Shown here: positions 46,755-56,741 of the stretch, piece by piece | Layout of the letters: every line of letters starts with the position of its first letter | How positions within the stretch are numbered: the stretch's first letter is position 1 | Source: Myxococcota bacterium | GTDB taxonomy: Bacteria > Myxococcota_A > UBA9160 > UBA6930 | Reading direction: 5' to 3' | NCBI GenBank assembly: GCA_965223415.1 | Contig: OZ245002.1 | Coordinates: 4,672,001-4,736,000, forward strand | Length of the DNA stretch: 64,000 bases | Position numbers and translations under genes: made by a program | Notes under the pieces: generated by a model | Databases searched by the model: none | Seen by the model: only the letters and a program-made list of their open reading frames with translations | Told to the model about the DNA's origin: nothing

Positions 46755-49421
46755 GTGCAGGTCCTGCAGCACAAGCGTGCACCGATCGACCGGGGCAGGG
46801 CGCTCTTCCGCCTCCTCGGGGCCGTTCTCGTGGCGGCGCGGGTCCTCTCGGGCCCGGCGGCCTTCGCCCAGGACCTCTTCGCCGGCGGGGAAGACGAGGG
46901 CGGCGCCGATCCCTTCGACATCACCGCGGACACGGTGGAGTTCGATACCGCTCGCCAGGTCTACATCGCCAGGGGCAACGTGCGCCTCGACCAACCGGAC
47001 CGAGAGCTCACCGCCGACTGGATGGTGTTCAGCGACATCACCCGGGAGGGCGTGGCCAGCGGCAACGTGGTGGTGACCGAGGGCGACGACAAGCTCTTCG
47101 CCGACGTCCTCCACTTCGAGGTCGACGATCTCCAGGGCATCGTCTTCCAGGGCAAGCTCGAGACCGGCGGCAACAACTTCCTGGCCACGGGCGACACGAT
47201 CAAGCGTACCGGCGAGCAGGAGTACGTCTTCACCGACGCGGTTTTCACCACCTGTCGCTGTCCGGATCCGAGCGCCCGGGAGCCCTGGCGGATCGAAGCC
47301 GCCGAGGCGGATCTCGAGTTCGGGGGCTACGCCGTCACCAAGAGCACCACCTTCAATGTGCTCGGCGTGCCCATCCTGTGGACGCCGCGGATGTGGTGGC
47401 CCCTCAAGACCGAGCGGCAGACGGGCTTCCTCTTCCCCGTCTTCAACGCGGCGTCGCGCAACGGCTTCGACGTGGGGCTTCCGTTCTTCTGGGCGGCCCG
47501 CGACAACATCAACGTGCTGTTCACGCCCCACTACCTGACGGACAACGGCTTCAAGCCCGAGGGCGAGATCGAGTACGTCTTCGGCGAGAAGTCCGAGGGC
47601 GAGCTCTACGGCACCTGGATCCGCGACGACGACATCAACGAGAACGACATCTCCACGCCCTTCAGCCGGGACCGCTGGGCCGTGGAGTGGCTCCACGATC
47701 ACCACCTGCCGGAGCCCTTCGCCGGATGGCGCTGGAAGGTGGACGGGCGGATCCTCTCCGACAACAACTACGCCTTCGACTACCGCGATTTCTCGAGGAT
47801 CCGCGACGATCGCTACATCGAGTCCGGGACCTTCCTGGAGGGTCGCTTCGACCGCTTCGGCGATCTCCTGGGCCGCGAAGGAGCGGCGGCGACCGGCCGC
47901 TACGGCCTGACGGCAGCGCTCTCCTACGCCGAGGACCAGCAGAACCCGGACGACCAGGATCGGGACGACTTCCTGCTCCAACGCTTCCCGGACCTGCGCC
48001 TCGCCCGCCTGCCCCAGCAGCTTCCCCAGCTGCCGGGCAACGCGGTCTTCTCCTTCGACACCCGATACACGCACTTCTGGGCCCAGGACGACGTCACGGA
48101 CGTCCAGCCCTTCGCCACGGTGGTCGACGACGTCTTCGCCGACACGGGCATCGAGGCCATCCCGGACGGCGACGAGCGGGATCGCTTCGGCCGCAAGGTG
48201 CTCCCGGATGGGACCATCCTGAACGCGAACGGCACCGTGACCACCGCTGCCGAGATCCTGGCGGCGAACCCGATGGCGGATCCGCTCCTCGTGCTGCCGA
48301 CCGGCGACGGCAGCGGCGACAACTTCCCGGGGCCGGAGGGCGACGGTCGCTTCCAGGAAGGCGAGCCGCTGGTGGATCGCGGCCATCGCTTCGTGTTCAA
48401 TCCGCGCCTGGCCTTCCCCTTCCGGGTGGCGGACACCTTCGAGGTGATGCCGGAGATCGGCTGGCACGCCACGCTCTACAACACGGACATGCAGAGCAGC
48501 GAGTTCCGCAACCTGTTCACGGCGCTGCTCGACGTGCGCACCCGGCTGCGGCGGGAGCTCCAGCTGCCGAGCTGGCTGTACGACGGCTCGCCGACCGTCC
48601 ACCTGATGGAGCCGCGCTTCGTCTACACGATGATCGAGGGCAGCGGGCAGGGCGGCCATCCCCTCTTCATCCCCCGGCCGCGGGTGCAGAACGAGCGCCT
48701 GCGGCTGCTCGAGCCGACGAACCGCGTGCGGGACCCCTCGGATCGCATCGACGACGTCCAGGCGGTGACCTTCCTGCTGGGCAACCGCTTCTACCTCCCG
48801 GGTCACGTCCGCGAGGAGCGGGTCGGGCCGCCCCGGCTCTTCGCCGACGTCACCCTGGGCCTCCACCACGACTTCGCGGACAGCGATCTCTCGAGCCTCT
48901 ACCTGGACGGCGTCGCCTACCCCTGGGAAGGCGTCCGCACGCGCTTCAACGCGGGCTTCGATCTGGACGACGCGCAGTTCCGCGAGATGCTCTTCTCGAT
49001 CGGCTACGGGACACCGGAAGGCAACGACTTCCGCTTCTCCTACCGCTACGTCGAGGACGTGCCGCGCTTCTTCGAGAACTTCCGCTTCGACGAGGAGCGC
49101 TTCGAGGATTTCGAGGAGGGCTTCCTCGAGATCAACCAGTTCGACTTCCTGTCACGCATCGCCGTCACCCGCAACTGGGCCGTGACCTACCGGCTCCGCT
49201 ACTCCTTCGAGCAGAGCCTGGCCCTCACCAACCAGGTCGGCGTCGAGTACGTGTCGAAGTGCCTGTGCTGGGCCATCCGTGCCGAGCTCGAGGAGGACCG
49301 CAGCCGCGGCTTCGAGTTCAACTTCCGCTACCGCATCCTGGGGCTCGGTGACGACACGGTTCGCCCCTTCTCCCGCCGCCGCCGCGGCGAGCGCGACCCG
49401 CTGATCGACGAGTCCTCCTGA
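46755..49421 (+). CDS. lptD: LPS assembly protein LptD
   Basis: OstA-like ITADTV/GNV, FTTC, RQTGFLFP, C-terminal CW barrel strands; start uncertain. Confidence 0.85.
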   Translation: MQVLQHKRAPIDRGRALFRLLGAVLVAARVLSGPAAFAQDLFAGGEDEGGADPFDITADTVEFDTARQVYIARGNVRLDQPDRELTADWMVFSDITREGVASGNVVVTEGDDKLFADVLHFEVDDLQGIVFQGKLETGGNNFLATGDTIKRTGEQEYVFTDAVFTTCRCPDPSAREPWRIEAAEADLEFGGYAVTKSTTFNVLGVPILWTPRMWWPLKTERQTGFLFPVFNAASRNGFDVGLPFFWAARDNINVLFTPHYLTDNGFKPEGEIEYVFGEKSEGELYGTWIRDDDINENDISTPFSRDRWAVEWLHDHHLPEPFAGWRWKVDGRILSDNNYAFDYRDFSRIRDDRYIESGTFLEGRFDRFGDLLGREGAAATGRYGLTAALSYAEDQQNPDDQDRDDFLLQRFPDLRLARLPQQLPQLPGNAVFSFDTRYTHFWAQDDVTDVQPFATVVDDVFADTGIEAIPDGDERDRFGRKVLPDGTILNANGTVTTAAEILAANPMADPLLVLPTGDGSGDNFPGPEGDGRFQEGEPLVDRGHRFVFNPRLAFPFRVADTFEVMPEIGWHATLYNTDMQSSEFRNLFTALLDVRTRLRRELQLPSWLYDGSPTVHLMEPRFVYTMIEGSGQGGHPLFIPRPRVQNERLRLLEPTNRVRDPSDRIDDVQAVTFLLGNRFYLPGHVREERVGPPRLFADVTLGLHHDFADSDLSSLYLDGVAYPWEGVRTRFNAGFDLDDAQFREMLFSIGYGTPEGNDFRFSYRYVEDVPRFFENFRFDEERFEDFEEGFLEINQFDFLSRIAVTRNWAVTYRLRYSFEQSLALTNQVGVEYVSKCLCWAIRAELEEDRSRGFEFNFRYRILGLGDDTVRPFSRRRRGERDPLIDESS

Positions 49422-49486
49422 GCCGTCTGGCGTCCCCCGCGGGGGTCTGCTAGGAACGGGGTTTCCCCGCATTCGCTGGACGCATC

Positions 49487-50974
49487 GTGCTCCGCCCTCA
49501 GCTCGACGAGTTCGTGAGGCTCGCCTCCCGGGGCAATCTCGTCCCCGTGGTCCGCGAGATCCTCGCCGACCTGGACACGCCTCTCTCCCTCTTCCGGAAG
49601 CTCGACGACGGGCGCACGGCCTTCCTCTTCGAGTCCGTGGAGGGCGGGGAGAAGTGGGCCCGTTACAGCTTCATCGGGACCGGCGCCCGGGCGATCTTCC
49701 GGGCGCGCGGCGCAGACGTGGAGTGGGAGGAGGACGGCCAGCTGCGCGCCGCGCGGGCGCCGGGCGATCCCCTGGAGCTGCTCCGCGACCGCATCGCCGG
49801 CTATCGGCCCGTGCCCCTGCCCGGCGTGGAACTGCCCCGCTTCGCCGGCGGCGCGGTCGGCATGGTCGGCTGGGACTGGGTGCGCTTCGTGGAGCGCATC
49901 CCCGACGGCAATCCCGACGAGCTGGGCCTGCCGGATCTCTGGTTCCACTTCCCCGAGACGGTCGTGGCGTTCGACCGGGTCCGGCACAGTGCGCTGATCA
50001 TCCGGCACGTGCACCTGCGCGAAGGCGACGACCCGGCCGGGCGCTACGCGGAGGAGGTGCGGGCTCTCGACGCGGTGGTGGAGCAGCTGCGCGCGCCGCT
50101 GGCGCCGGAGGCCCGGCACGTGCCCGTGCGCGCGCCGATGGACGTGCGCACCAGCATGAGCCGGGAGCAGTACCAGGACGCGGTGAAGCGGGCGAAGGAC
50201 TACGTGGTGGCCGGCGACGTCTTCCAGGTGGTGCTCGGCTTCCGCCACAGCGTGCCTCTCCAGGTGGATCCGTTCCTGCTCTACCGCATGCTCCGCCACG
50301 TGAACCCGAGCCCCTACCTGATCTACATGCGCATGGAAGGGCCGGTGCTGATCAGCTCTTCCCCGGAGATCCTGGTGCGCCTCGACGGCGACCAGATCGA
50401 CGTGCGGCCCATCGCCGGCACCCGGCGCCGCGGCCGGGATCCCGAGGACGATCTCGCCATGGAAGAGGAGCTGCGCACGGATCCGAAGGAGATCGCCGAG
50501 CACGTGATGCTGGTCGACCTGGGCCGCAACGACGTCGGGCGGGTGGCCGAGATCGGAAGCGTGCGGGTGACGGAGTACGCCAGCATCGAGCGCTACTCCC
50601 ACGTGATGCACACGGTGTCGAACGTGCAGGGGCACCTCACCACCGGCAGGGACTGGCTCGACCTGCTGCGGGCCACCTTCCCGGCCGGGACGCTCTCCGG
50701 CGCCCCCAAGGTGCGGGCGATGGAGATCATCGACGAGCTCGAGGCGGTGCGCCGCGGCCCCTTCGGCGGCTGCGCCGGCTACATCGACTACTCCGGCAAC
50801 ATGGACCTGGCGATCACCATCCGCACCATGCTGGTCCACGACAACGAGGTCCACCTCCAGGCCGGCGCCGGCGTGGTGGCGGATTCGGTGCCCGAGCTCG
50901 AGTGGAAGGAGTGCAACAACAAGGCGCGGGCGATGATCCAGGCCATCGACATGGCGAGGGAGGGGACCGACTAG
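49487..50974 (+). CDS. trpE: Anthranilate synthase component I
   Basis: FESVEGG, NPSPY, PIAGT, EHVMLVDLGRND, GAPK. Confidence 0.95.
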   Translation: MLRPQLDEFVRLASRGNLVPVVREILADLDTPLSLFRKLDDGRTAFLFESVEGGEKWARYSFIGTGARAIFRARGADVEWEEDGQLRAARAPGDPLELLRDRIAGYRPVPLPGVELPRFAGGAVGMVGWDWVRFVERIPDGNPDELGLPDLWFHFPETVVAFDRVRHSALIIRHVHLREGDDPAGRYAEEVRALDAVVEQLRAPLAPEARHVPVRAPMDVRTSMSREQYQDAVKRAKDYVVAGDVFQVVLGFRHSVPLQVDPFLLYRMLRHVNPSPYLIYMRMEGPVLISSSPEILVRLDGDQIDVRPIAGTRRRGRDPEDDLAMEEELRTDPKEIAEHVMLVDLGRNDVGRVAEIGSVRVTEYASIERYSHVMHTVSNVQGHLTTGRDWLDLLRATFPAGTLSGAPKVRAMEIIDELEAVRRGPFGGCAGYIDYSGNMDLAITIRTMLVHDNEVHLQAGAGVVADSVPELEWKECNNKARAMIQAIDMAREGTD

Positions 50975-51008
50975 CGATGGCTCGAGCCCAGCCCGGAGGC
51001 GGCGGCTG

Positions 51009-51605
51009 ATGCCTCGCCTGCTGATGATCGATAACTACGATTCCTTCGCCTACAACCTCTTCCAGTACCTGGGCGAGCTCGGCGCGGAGACCGCGGTGGT
51101 GCGCAACGACGACGAGAGCGTCGACGCGCTCCTGGCCCGGCGGCCCGACGGCCTGGTGATCTCGCCGGGGCCGGGCCGCCCCGAGGACGCCGGCGTGTCG
51201 GTGGAGGCGGTCGGCCGCTTCGGCGAGGCGGGGATCCCGGTGCTGGGCGTGTGTCTCGGCCACCAGGCGATCGGCCTCGGCTTCGGTGGTCGCATCGTCG
51301 GCGCCCGCTCGATCATGCACGGCAAGACCTCCGCCATCCACCACGAGGAGCAGGGCGTCTTCGCCGGGCTGCCCTCGCCCTTCGAGGCGACCCGCTACCA
51401 CAGCCTGGTGATCGACGGTCCCAGCCGGCCCGGCGTGCTCGAGGTGACCGCCCATACCGAGGACGGCGAGATCATGGGCGTGCGGCACCGCAGCCTGGAC
51501 GTCGAGGGCGTGCAGTTCCACCCGGAGTCGATCCTCACCGGCGAGGGCAAGCGCCTGCTCGGCAACTTCGTCGCCCGCTGCCGTCCCCGGGAGGCCGGGC
51601 GATGA
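51009..51605 (+). CDS. trpG: Anthranilate synthase component II (glutamine amidotransferase)
   Basis: IDNYDSF, GVCLGHQ, QFHPES. Confidence 0.93.
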   Translation: MPRLLMIDNYDSFAYNLFQYLGELGAETAVVRNDDESVDALLARRPDGLVISPGPGRPEDAGVSVEAVGRFGEAGIPVLGVCLGHQAIGLGFGGRIVGARSIMHGKTSAIHHEEQGVFAGLPSPFEATRYHSLVIDGPSRPGVLEVTAHTEDGEIMGVRHRSLDVEGVQFHPESILTGEGKRLLGNFVARCRPREAGR

Positions 51606-52627
51606 GCCTCGTCGCCGCCCTGGAGTGCGCCCTCGAGGGGCGAGAGGTCCCGGCCGCGCTGCTGGAGGCGGCCTTCGGGACGATCATGGACGGCGTGGCC
51701 GGCGAGGCGCAGATCGCCGCGCTCCTCGTCGCGCTGCGGGCCAAGGGCGAGACCACCGGAGAGATCGCCGCCCTGGCCCGCGTGCTGCGCAGCCGGGCCG
51801 AGACGGCGCCGCTCCTCGACCCCCGCACCGTGGACACCTGCGGCACCGGCGGCGACGGCGCGAACACCTTCAACGTCTCGACCATCGCCGCCTTCGTGGT
51901 CGCGGGCGCCGGCGTGCCCGTGGCGAAGCACGGCAACCGTGCCGCCTCGAGCCGCACCGGAAGCTTCGACGTCCTGGAGGCGCTCGGCGTCACCGCCGAC
52001 CTGCCCGTCGACGCCGCGGCGGAGGTGCTGGCCGAGGTGGGGATCGGGCCGTTCTTCGCCCGTCGCGCCCACCCGGCGATGCGCTTCGTCGCGCCGGTTC
52101 GCCAGCAGCTGGGCATTCGCACGGTGATGAACGCGATGGGGCCGCTGCTCAATCCGGTGGGCGCGCGGCGCCAGCTCGTCGGCGTGTTCGCCCGGCCCTG
52201 GGTGGAACGTCTCGCCGCCGTGCTCCTCGAGCTCGGTGCGGAGCGCGCGCTGGTGGTGCACGGAAGCGACGGCCTGGACGAGATCACCGTGACGGGTCCG
52301 ACCCACGCGGCCCTGGTCGAAGGCGGGGGCGTGCAGATCCTCGAGCTGGATCCGACCTCGATCGGGATCGCCTGCGCCGTCCCGGAGGGCCTCGCCGGCG
52401 GCGATGCCGAGGAGAACGCCGCCATCGCCCGCGCGGTGCTGGACGGGGAGGCGGGGCCGCGCCGGGACATCGTGGTGGCCAACGCTGGCGCCGCCCTGTG
52501 GGTGGCGGGCGCGGCCGACGACTGGACCGGTGGCGCCGAGCTCGCGCGGAAGAGCCTCGATTCCGGCGCCGCCCGGGAGAAGCTCGCCGCGCTGGTGAGC
52601 GCCACCGCCGGCCGGGGCGGATCGTGA
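51602..52627 (+). CDS. trpD: Anthranilate phosphoribosyltransferase
   Basis: DTCGTGGDG, KHGNR, GLDE. Confidence 0.95.
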   Translation: MSLVAALECALEGREVPAALLEAAFGTIMDGVAGEAQIAALLVALRAKGETTGEIAALARVLRSRAETAPLLDPRTVDTCGTGGDGANTFNVSTIAAFVVAGAGVPVAKHGNRAASSRTGSFDVLEALGVTADLPVDAAAEVLAEVGIGPFFARRAHPAMRFVAPVRQQLGIRTVMNAMGPLLNPVGARRQLVGVFARPWVERLAAVLLELGAERALVVHGSDGLDEITVTGPTHAALVEGGGVQILELDPTSIGIACAVPEGLAGGDAEENAAIARAVLDGEAGPRRDIVVANAGAALWVAGAADDWTGGAELARKSLDSGAAREKLAALVSATAGRGGS

Positions 52628-53409
52628 CGAACATCCTGGACGAGATCCTCGCCTACAAGGCGGAGGAGCTTCGGCTGGCCCGACGCAGGGTTTCCGATGC
52701 GGAGATGGCCCGGGCCGCCGGGGACGCGGAGCCGCCGCGGGGCTTCCGCCGTGCGCTCGTGGAGACGCCGGAACCCCGCATCATCGCGGAGATCAAGCGC
52801 CGCTCGCCGAGTGCCGGTGAGATCCGGCCGGACTTCGACCCGGTCGCCATCGCACGCGACTACACGAGAGGCGGTGCCGCCGCGCTCTCGGTGCTCACCG
52901 ACGAGCACTTCTTCGGGGGCCACCTGGACGTCCTGCGGGCGGTGCGTGCAGTGACGCCGTTGCCGCTCCTGCGCAAGGACTTCGTGATCGACGCATACCA
53001 GATCGACGAGGCACGGGCCGCCGGCGCCGACGCGGTGTTGCTGATCGCCAGCGCCCTCGACGCGGCGGACCTCGCGTCGCTCCTCGCCCACGCCCGGAGG
53101 CGGGGGCTCGACGCCCTCGTGGAGGTGCACGACGAGGCCGAACTCGACGCGGCCGCCGCGGTGGGCGCCGACCTGATCGGCGTGAACAACCGCAATCTGC
53201 GGCTGTTCGAGACCGATCTGGCCATCACCGAGCAGCTGGCGCCGAAGCTCCCCGCCGGCGCCGTCCTCGTCTCGGAGAGCGGTATCTTCACCCACGACGA
53301 CGTGGCCCGGCTCGCGGCGGCCGGGGCCCAGGCCTTCCTGGTCGGGGAGTCGTTGATGAGAGAGCCCGATGTGGAGGACGCCTTGCATCGCCTACGGGGA
53401 GCAGCGTGA
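52624..53409 (+). CDS. trpC: Indole-3-glycerol phosphate synthase
   Basis: IAEIKRRSPS, LRKDF, GVNNRNL, SESG. Confidence 0.95.
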   Translation: MTNILDEILAYKAEELRLARRRVSDAEMARAAGDAEPPRGFRRALVETPEPRIIAEIKRRSPSAGEIRPDFDPVAIARDYTRGGAAALSVLTDEHFFGGHLDVLRAVRAVTPLPLLRKDFVIDAYQIDEARAAGADAVLLIASALDAADLASLLAHARRRGLDALVEVHDEAELDAAAAVGADLIGVNNRNLRLFETDLAITEQLAPKLPAGAVLVSESGIFTHDDVARLAAAGAQAFLVGESLMREPDVEDALHRLRGAA

Positions 53410-54065
53410 CGGTACGGATCAAGATGTGCGGGATCGTCCACCCGGACGACGCGGCGGCCGCCGTCGAGGCGGGGGCCGACCTGATCGGCCTGAACTTCGT
53501 CGCCGACTCGCCGCGCTGCCTCAGCCTGGCGGACGCCGAAGCGATCGCCGTTCGCGTGGATGGCCAGGTCGAGCGGGTCGCGATCTTCCGCGACGCGCCC
53601 TGGGCCGAGATCGAGCGGGTCACGCGCCGCATCGACCTGGAGCGTATCCAGCTCCACGGCGACGAGTCGGAAGAAGAGGTGGAGCTGGTCGACTATCCCG
53701 TGATCAAGGCCGTGCGGGGAGCCGACCGCGAATCGGCCGAACGCTACCCGGGGGCCCTGCTGCTGCTCGATCACCCGACCCGCGGCGGGGGCCAGGGCGC
53801 CGTCTGGAACTGGACCGAAGCCGCCGAGCTGATCGCCGAGGGCGTCGACCTGATGCTCGCCGGGGGTCTCACGCCCGAGAACGTGGGGGAGGCGCTCCGG
53901 GACCTGGGCGATCTCCTGCCCTGGGGCGTGGACGTCGCCACCGGCGTCGAGCGCGAGAGCGACGTGCGCAAGGACCCGGCCCGCATGGCCGCCTTCGTGG
54001 CTGCGGTGCGCCGCGTCGAGGAAGCCGCCGAGGAGACGTCCGAGGAAACCGACGGCGATGAGTGA
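53406..54065 (+). CDS. trpF: Phosphoribosylanthranilate isomerase
   Basis: [23 protein letters not shown]. Confidence 0.93.
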   Translation: MTVRIKMCGIVHPDDAAAAVEAGADLIGLNFVADSPRCLSLADAEAIAVRVDGQVERVAIFRDAPWAEIERVTRRIDLERIQLHGDESEEEVELVDYPVIKAVRGADRESAERYPGALLLLDHPTRGGGQGAVWNWTEAAELIAEGVDLMLAGGLTPENVGEALRDLGDLLPWGVDVATGVERESDVRKDPARMAAFVAAVRRVEEAAEETSEETDGDE

Positions 54066-55254
54066 GGAGCTGCCCGGGCGGTTTGGCGAGTTCGGCGGAC
54101 GCTACGTCTCGGAGGCGTTGGTCGCGGCCCTGGACGAGCTCGACGAAGCGGTCCGCACGATCGTTCCGAGCGATTCCTTCCAGCGCGAGCTCGGCGATCT
54201 GCTCCGCCACTACGCGGGCCGGCCCACGCCGCTGTACCACGCGAAGCGCATGAGCGAGGACCTGGGCGGAGCGAAGATCTACCTGAAGCGCGAGGACCTG
54301 GCCCACACCGGCGCCCACAAGATCAACAACGTGCTGGGGCAGGCGCTGCTCGCCCGGCACATGGGCAAGCCGCGGGTGATCGCCGAGACCGGGGCTGGAC
54401 AGCACGGCGTCGCCACCGCCACCGCCTGCGCGCTCCTCGGTCTGGAGTGCGACGTGTTCATGGGCGAGGAGGACGTGGGCCGTCAGGCGCTGAATGTCTT
54501 CAAGATGGAGCTCCTGGGGGCGACGGTCCATCCGGTGACCTCCGGCTCGCGCACCCTGAAGGACGCGATCAACGAGGCGATGCGGGACTGGGTGACCTAC
54601 GTGCGCACCACCTACTACTGCATCGGCTCCGTGATGGGGCCCCATCCCTATCCCACCCTGGTCCGGGACCTGCAGAAGATCATCGGCGAGGAGGCCCGGG
54701 AGCAGATCCTCGCAGCGGAGGGGCGGCTGCCCGACGCCCTGGTCGCCTGTGTGGGCGGTGGCTCCAACGCGATCGGGCTCTTCCACCGCTTCCTCGGGGA
54801 CGAGGGCGTGCAGATGATCGGCGTGGAGCCGGGCGGCGAAGGCCTGACGAGCGGTCGTCACGGCGCCACCTTGGGCACCGGCACGGTCGGGATCTTTCAC
54901 GGTCAGCGGACCGTCGTGCTCTCGGACGACGACGGGCAGATCTTCCCGGCGCACTCCATCTCGGCGGGCCTCGACTATCCCGGCGTGGGCCCCGAGCACG
55001 CTCATCTCCACGCCACCGGCCGGGCCCAGTACCCGGCCGTCACGGACGACGAGGCGCTCGAGGGGTTCCAGTACCTCTCGCGCATGGAGGGCATCATCCC
55101 CGCCCTCGAGTCCGCCCACGCGATCGCCCAGGTGAAGAAGCTGGCCCTGCAGCTCGGGCCAGGGGCGCTGATCGTGGTGAACCTGTCCGGGCGCGGCGAC
55201 AAGGACGCGCCCCAGGTTCGCGAGATCCTGCAGCGCCGGGGCGGTCCGCACTAG
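54058..55254 (+). CDS. trpB: Tryptophan synthase beta chain
   Basis: [31 protein letters not shown]. Confidence 0.97.
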   Translation: MSEELPGRFGEFGGRYVSEALVAALDELDEAVRTIVPSDSFQRELGDLLRHYAGRPTPLYHAKRMSEDLGGAKIYLKREDLAHTGAHKINNVLGQALLARHMGKPRVIAETGAGQHGVATATACALLGLECDVFMGEEDVGRQALNVFKMELLGATVHPVTSGSRTLKDAINEAMRDWVTYVRTTYYCIGSVMGPHPYPTLVRDLQKIIGEEAREQILAAEGRLPDALVACVGGGSNAIGLFHRFLGDEGVQMIGVEPGGEGLTSGRHGATLGTGTVGIFHGQRTVVLSDDDGQIFPAHSISAGLDYPGVGPEHAHLHATGRAQYPAVTDDEALEGFQYLSRMEGIIPALESAHAIAQVKKLALQLGPGALIVVNLSGRGDKDAPQVREILQRRGGPH

Positions 55255-56054
55255 TGAGTCGCATCACCGACACCTTCGACCGGCTCCGGGCGGCCGGCGA
55301 GACGGCCTTCGTGCCCTTCCTCACCGCCGGCGATCCCGACCTGGACGCCACCGGGGAGCTGGTGCTGGCCATGGCGGACGCCGGTGCGGACCTGATCGAG
55401 ATCGGCGTGCCCTTCTCGGACCCCACCGCCGACGGTCCGACGATCCAGCGGGCGAGTGAGCGGGCCCTGGCCGGCGGCGTGACGCTCCGTCGCATCCTCG
55501 CCCTGGTGAAGACGCTGCGCTCCCAGCTGGATACGCCGCTCCTGCTGATGGGCTACGCGAACCCCTTCTACGCGATGGGCGTGGAGGGCTTCGTGGAATC
55601 CGCCGCGGAGGCCGGCGTCGACGGTTTCCTCTGCCCGGACCTCCCCCCGGAAGAGGGCGCGGCCCTCTACGCGGAGGCGGAGCGGCGGGGCATCGACGGC
55701 GTGCTGCTGGCGGCCCCGACCACCACGGACGCCCGGCTCGGCATGTTGGTCGAGAGGTCCCGGGGCTTCCTCTACTACGTCTCGCTCACCGGCGTGACGG
55801 CGGCCCGCAGCGAGCTGGCCGCCGGGATCGAGCAGGGCGTGGCCGCCATTCGCCGCCACGGCGATGTCCCCGTCTGCGTGGGCTTCGGCATCTCCCGCCC
55901 GGAGCACGCCGCCCGGGTGGGCGCCTTCGCCGACGGCGTCGTCGTCGGCAGCGCCATCGTCGACCGCATCGAGGCCGCCAGCGACCGCAGCGACGCCGTC
56001 CGCCGCGTCGCCGACTTCGTCCGCGACCTCAAGCAACCCCTCCGGGGAAGTTGA
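55254..56054 (+). CDS. trpA: Tryptophan synthase alpha chain
   Basis: EIGVPFSDPTADGPTIQ, GVT, VGFGIS. Confidence 0.96.
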   Translation: MSRITDTFDRLRAAGETAFVPFLTAGDPDLDATGELVLAMADAGADLIEIGVPFSDPTADGPTIQRASERALAGGVTLRRILALVKTLRSQLDTPLLLMGYANPFYAMGVEGFVESAAEAGVDGFLCPDLPPEEGAALYAEAERRGIDGVLLAAPTTTDARLGMLVERSRGFLYYVSLTGVTAARSELAAGIEQGVAAIRRHGDVPVCVGFGISRPEHAARVGAFADGVVVGSAIVDRIEAASDRSDAVRRVADFVRDLKQPLRGS

Positions 56055-56095
56055 CAAACGGACCGGTTCCGTTTGTTGCGTTGTTCGTTTGTCAA
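56051..56095. terminator. Inverted repeat between convergent trpA and coaE, possible bidirectional terminator
   Basis: TTGACAAACG...CGTTTGTCAA, with alternative inner stem ACAAACGGA/TCCGTTTGT. Confidence 0.5.
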
Positions 56096-56694
56096 GTGGT
56101 CAGCGATCGGAAGAGGGCGGTGACCTGGGCTTCGGTTTCGGCGAGTGTGCCGCTGTTGTCGATGACGTGGTCGGCGAGGGCGCGCTTCTCGTCGATGGGC
56201 ATCTGGGAGCGGACGCGCTGGCGGGCGTGGTCGGCGCTGGCGCCGTCGCGCTCGATCTGGCGGGCGATCTGCTGGGCTTCCGGGGCGTAGACGACGACCA
56301 CCGCATCGACGCCGTAGGGCCCCGGGCCGCGCCCTTCCAGCAGCAGGGGGATGTCGGCGACCACGAGGGGCGCCTCGCCGCCTCGCGCCTCGTCGAGCCG
56401 GCGGAGCAGCTCCGCGACGATCGGCGGGCCGGTGATCCGCCCCAGGACGGCGCGGGCCTCCGGGTCCGAGAACACGATCTCACCCAGGCGTCCCCGGTCG
56501 AGGGATCCGTCGGCCCGGAGGATCCCCGCTCCGAAGGCGGCGGTCAGCTCGGCGAGCATCGGCGCCCCCGGCGCCTGGAGCTCGTGGACGATGGCGTCGG
56601 CGTCGACGACGACGGCGCCCCGCCGGGCGAGCATGCGCGACACGGTGCTCTTGCCCGTGCCGATCCCGCCGGTCAGTCCCACCACCCGCGCCAT
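56092..56694 (-). CDS. coaE: Dephospho-CoA kinase
   Basis: GLTGGIGTGKST, DAD, IPLLLE, QMP, IDNSG. Confidence 0.95.
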   Translation of the reverse strand: MARVVGLTGGIGTGKSTVSRMLARRGAVVVDADAIVHELQAPGAPMLAELTAAFGAGILRADGSLDRGRLGEIVFSDPEARAVLGRITGPPIVAELLRRLDEARGGEAPLVVADIPLLLEGRGPGPYGVDAVVVVYAPEAQQIARQIERDGASADHARQRVRSQMPIDEKRALADHVIDNSGTLAETEAQVTALFRSLTT

Positions 56695-56741
56695 CGGCGG
56701 AGCATGGCACGGCTCGGCGGGCGTGCCAGCGCTCCTCGGGG

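Noticed and set aside
45771..48869. 1032-aa and similar long antisense ORFs across the window
   Set aside because: They lie opposite well-supported genes and lack recognisable motifs; expected from GC3 bias
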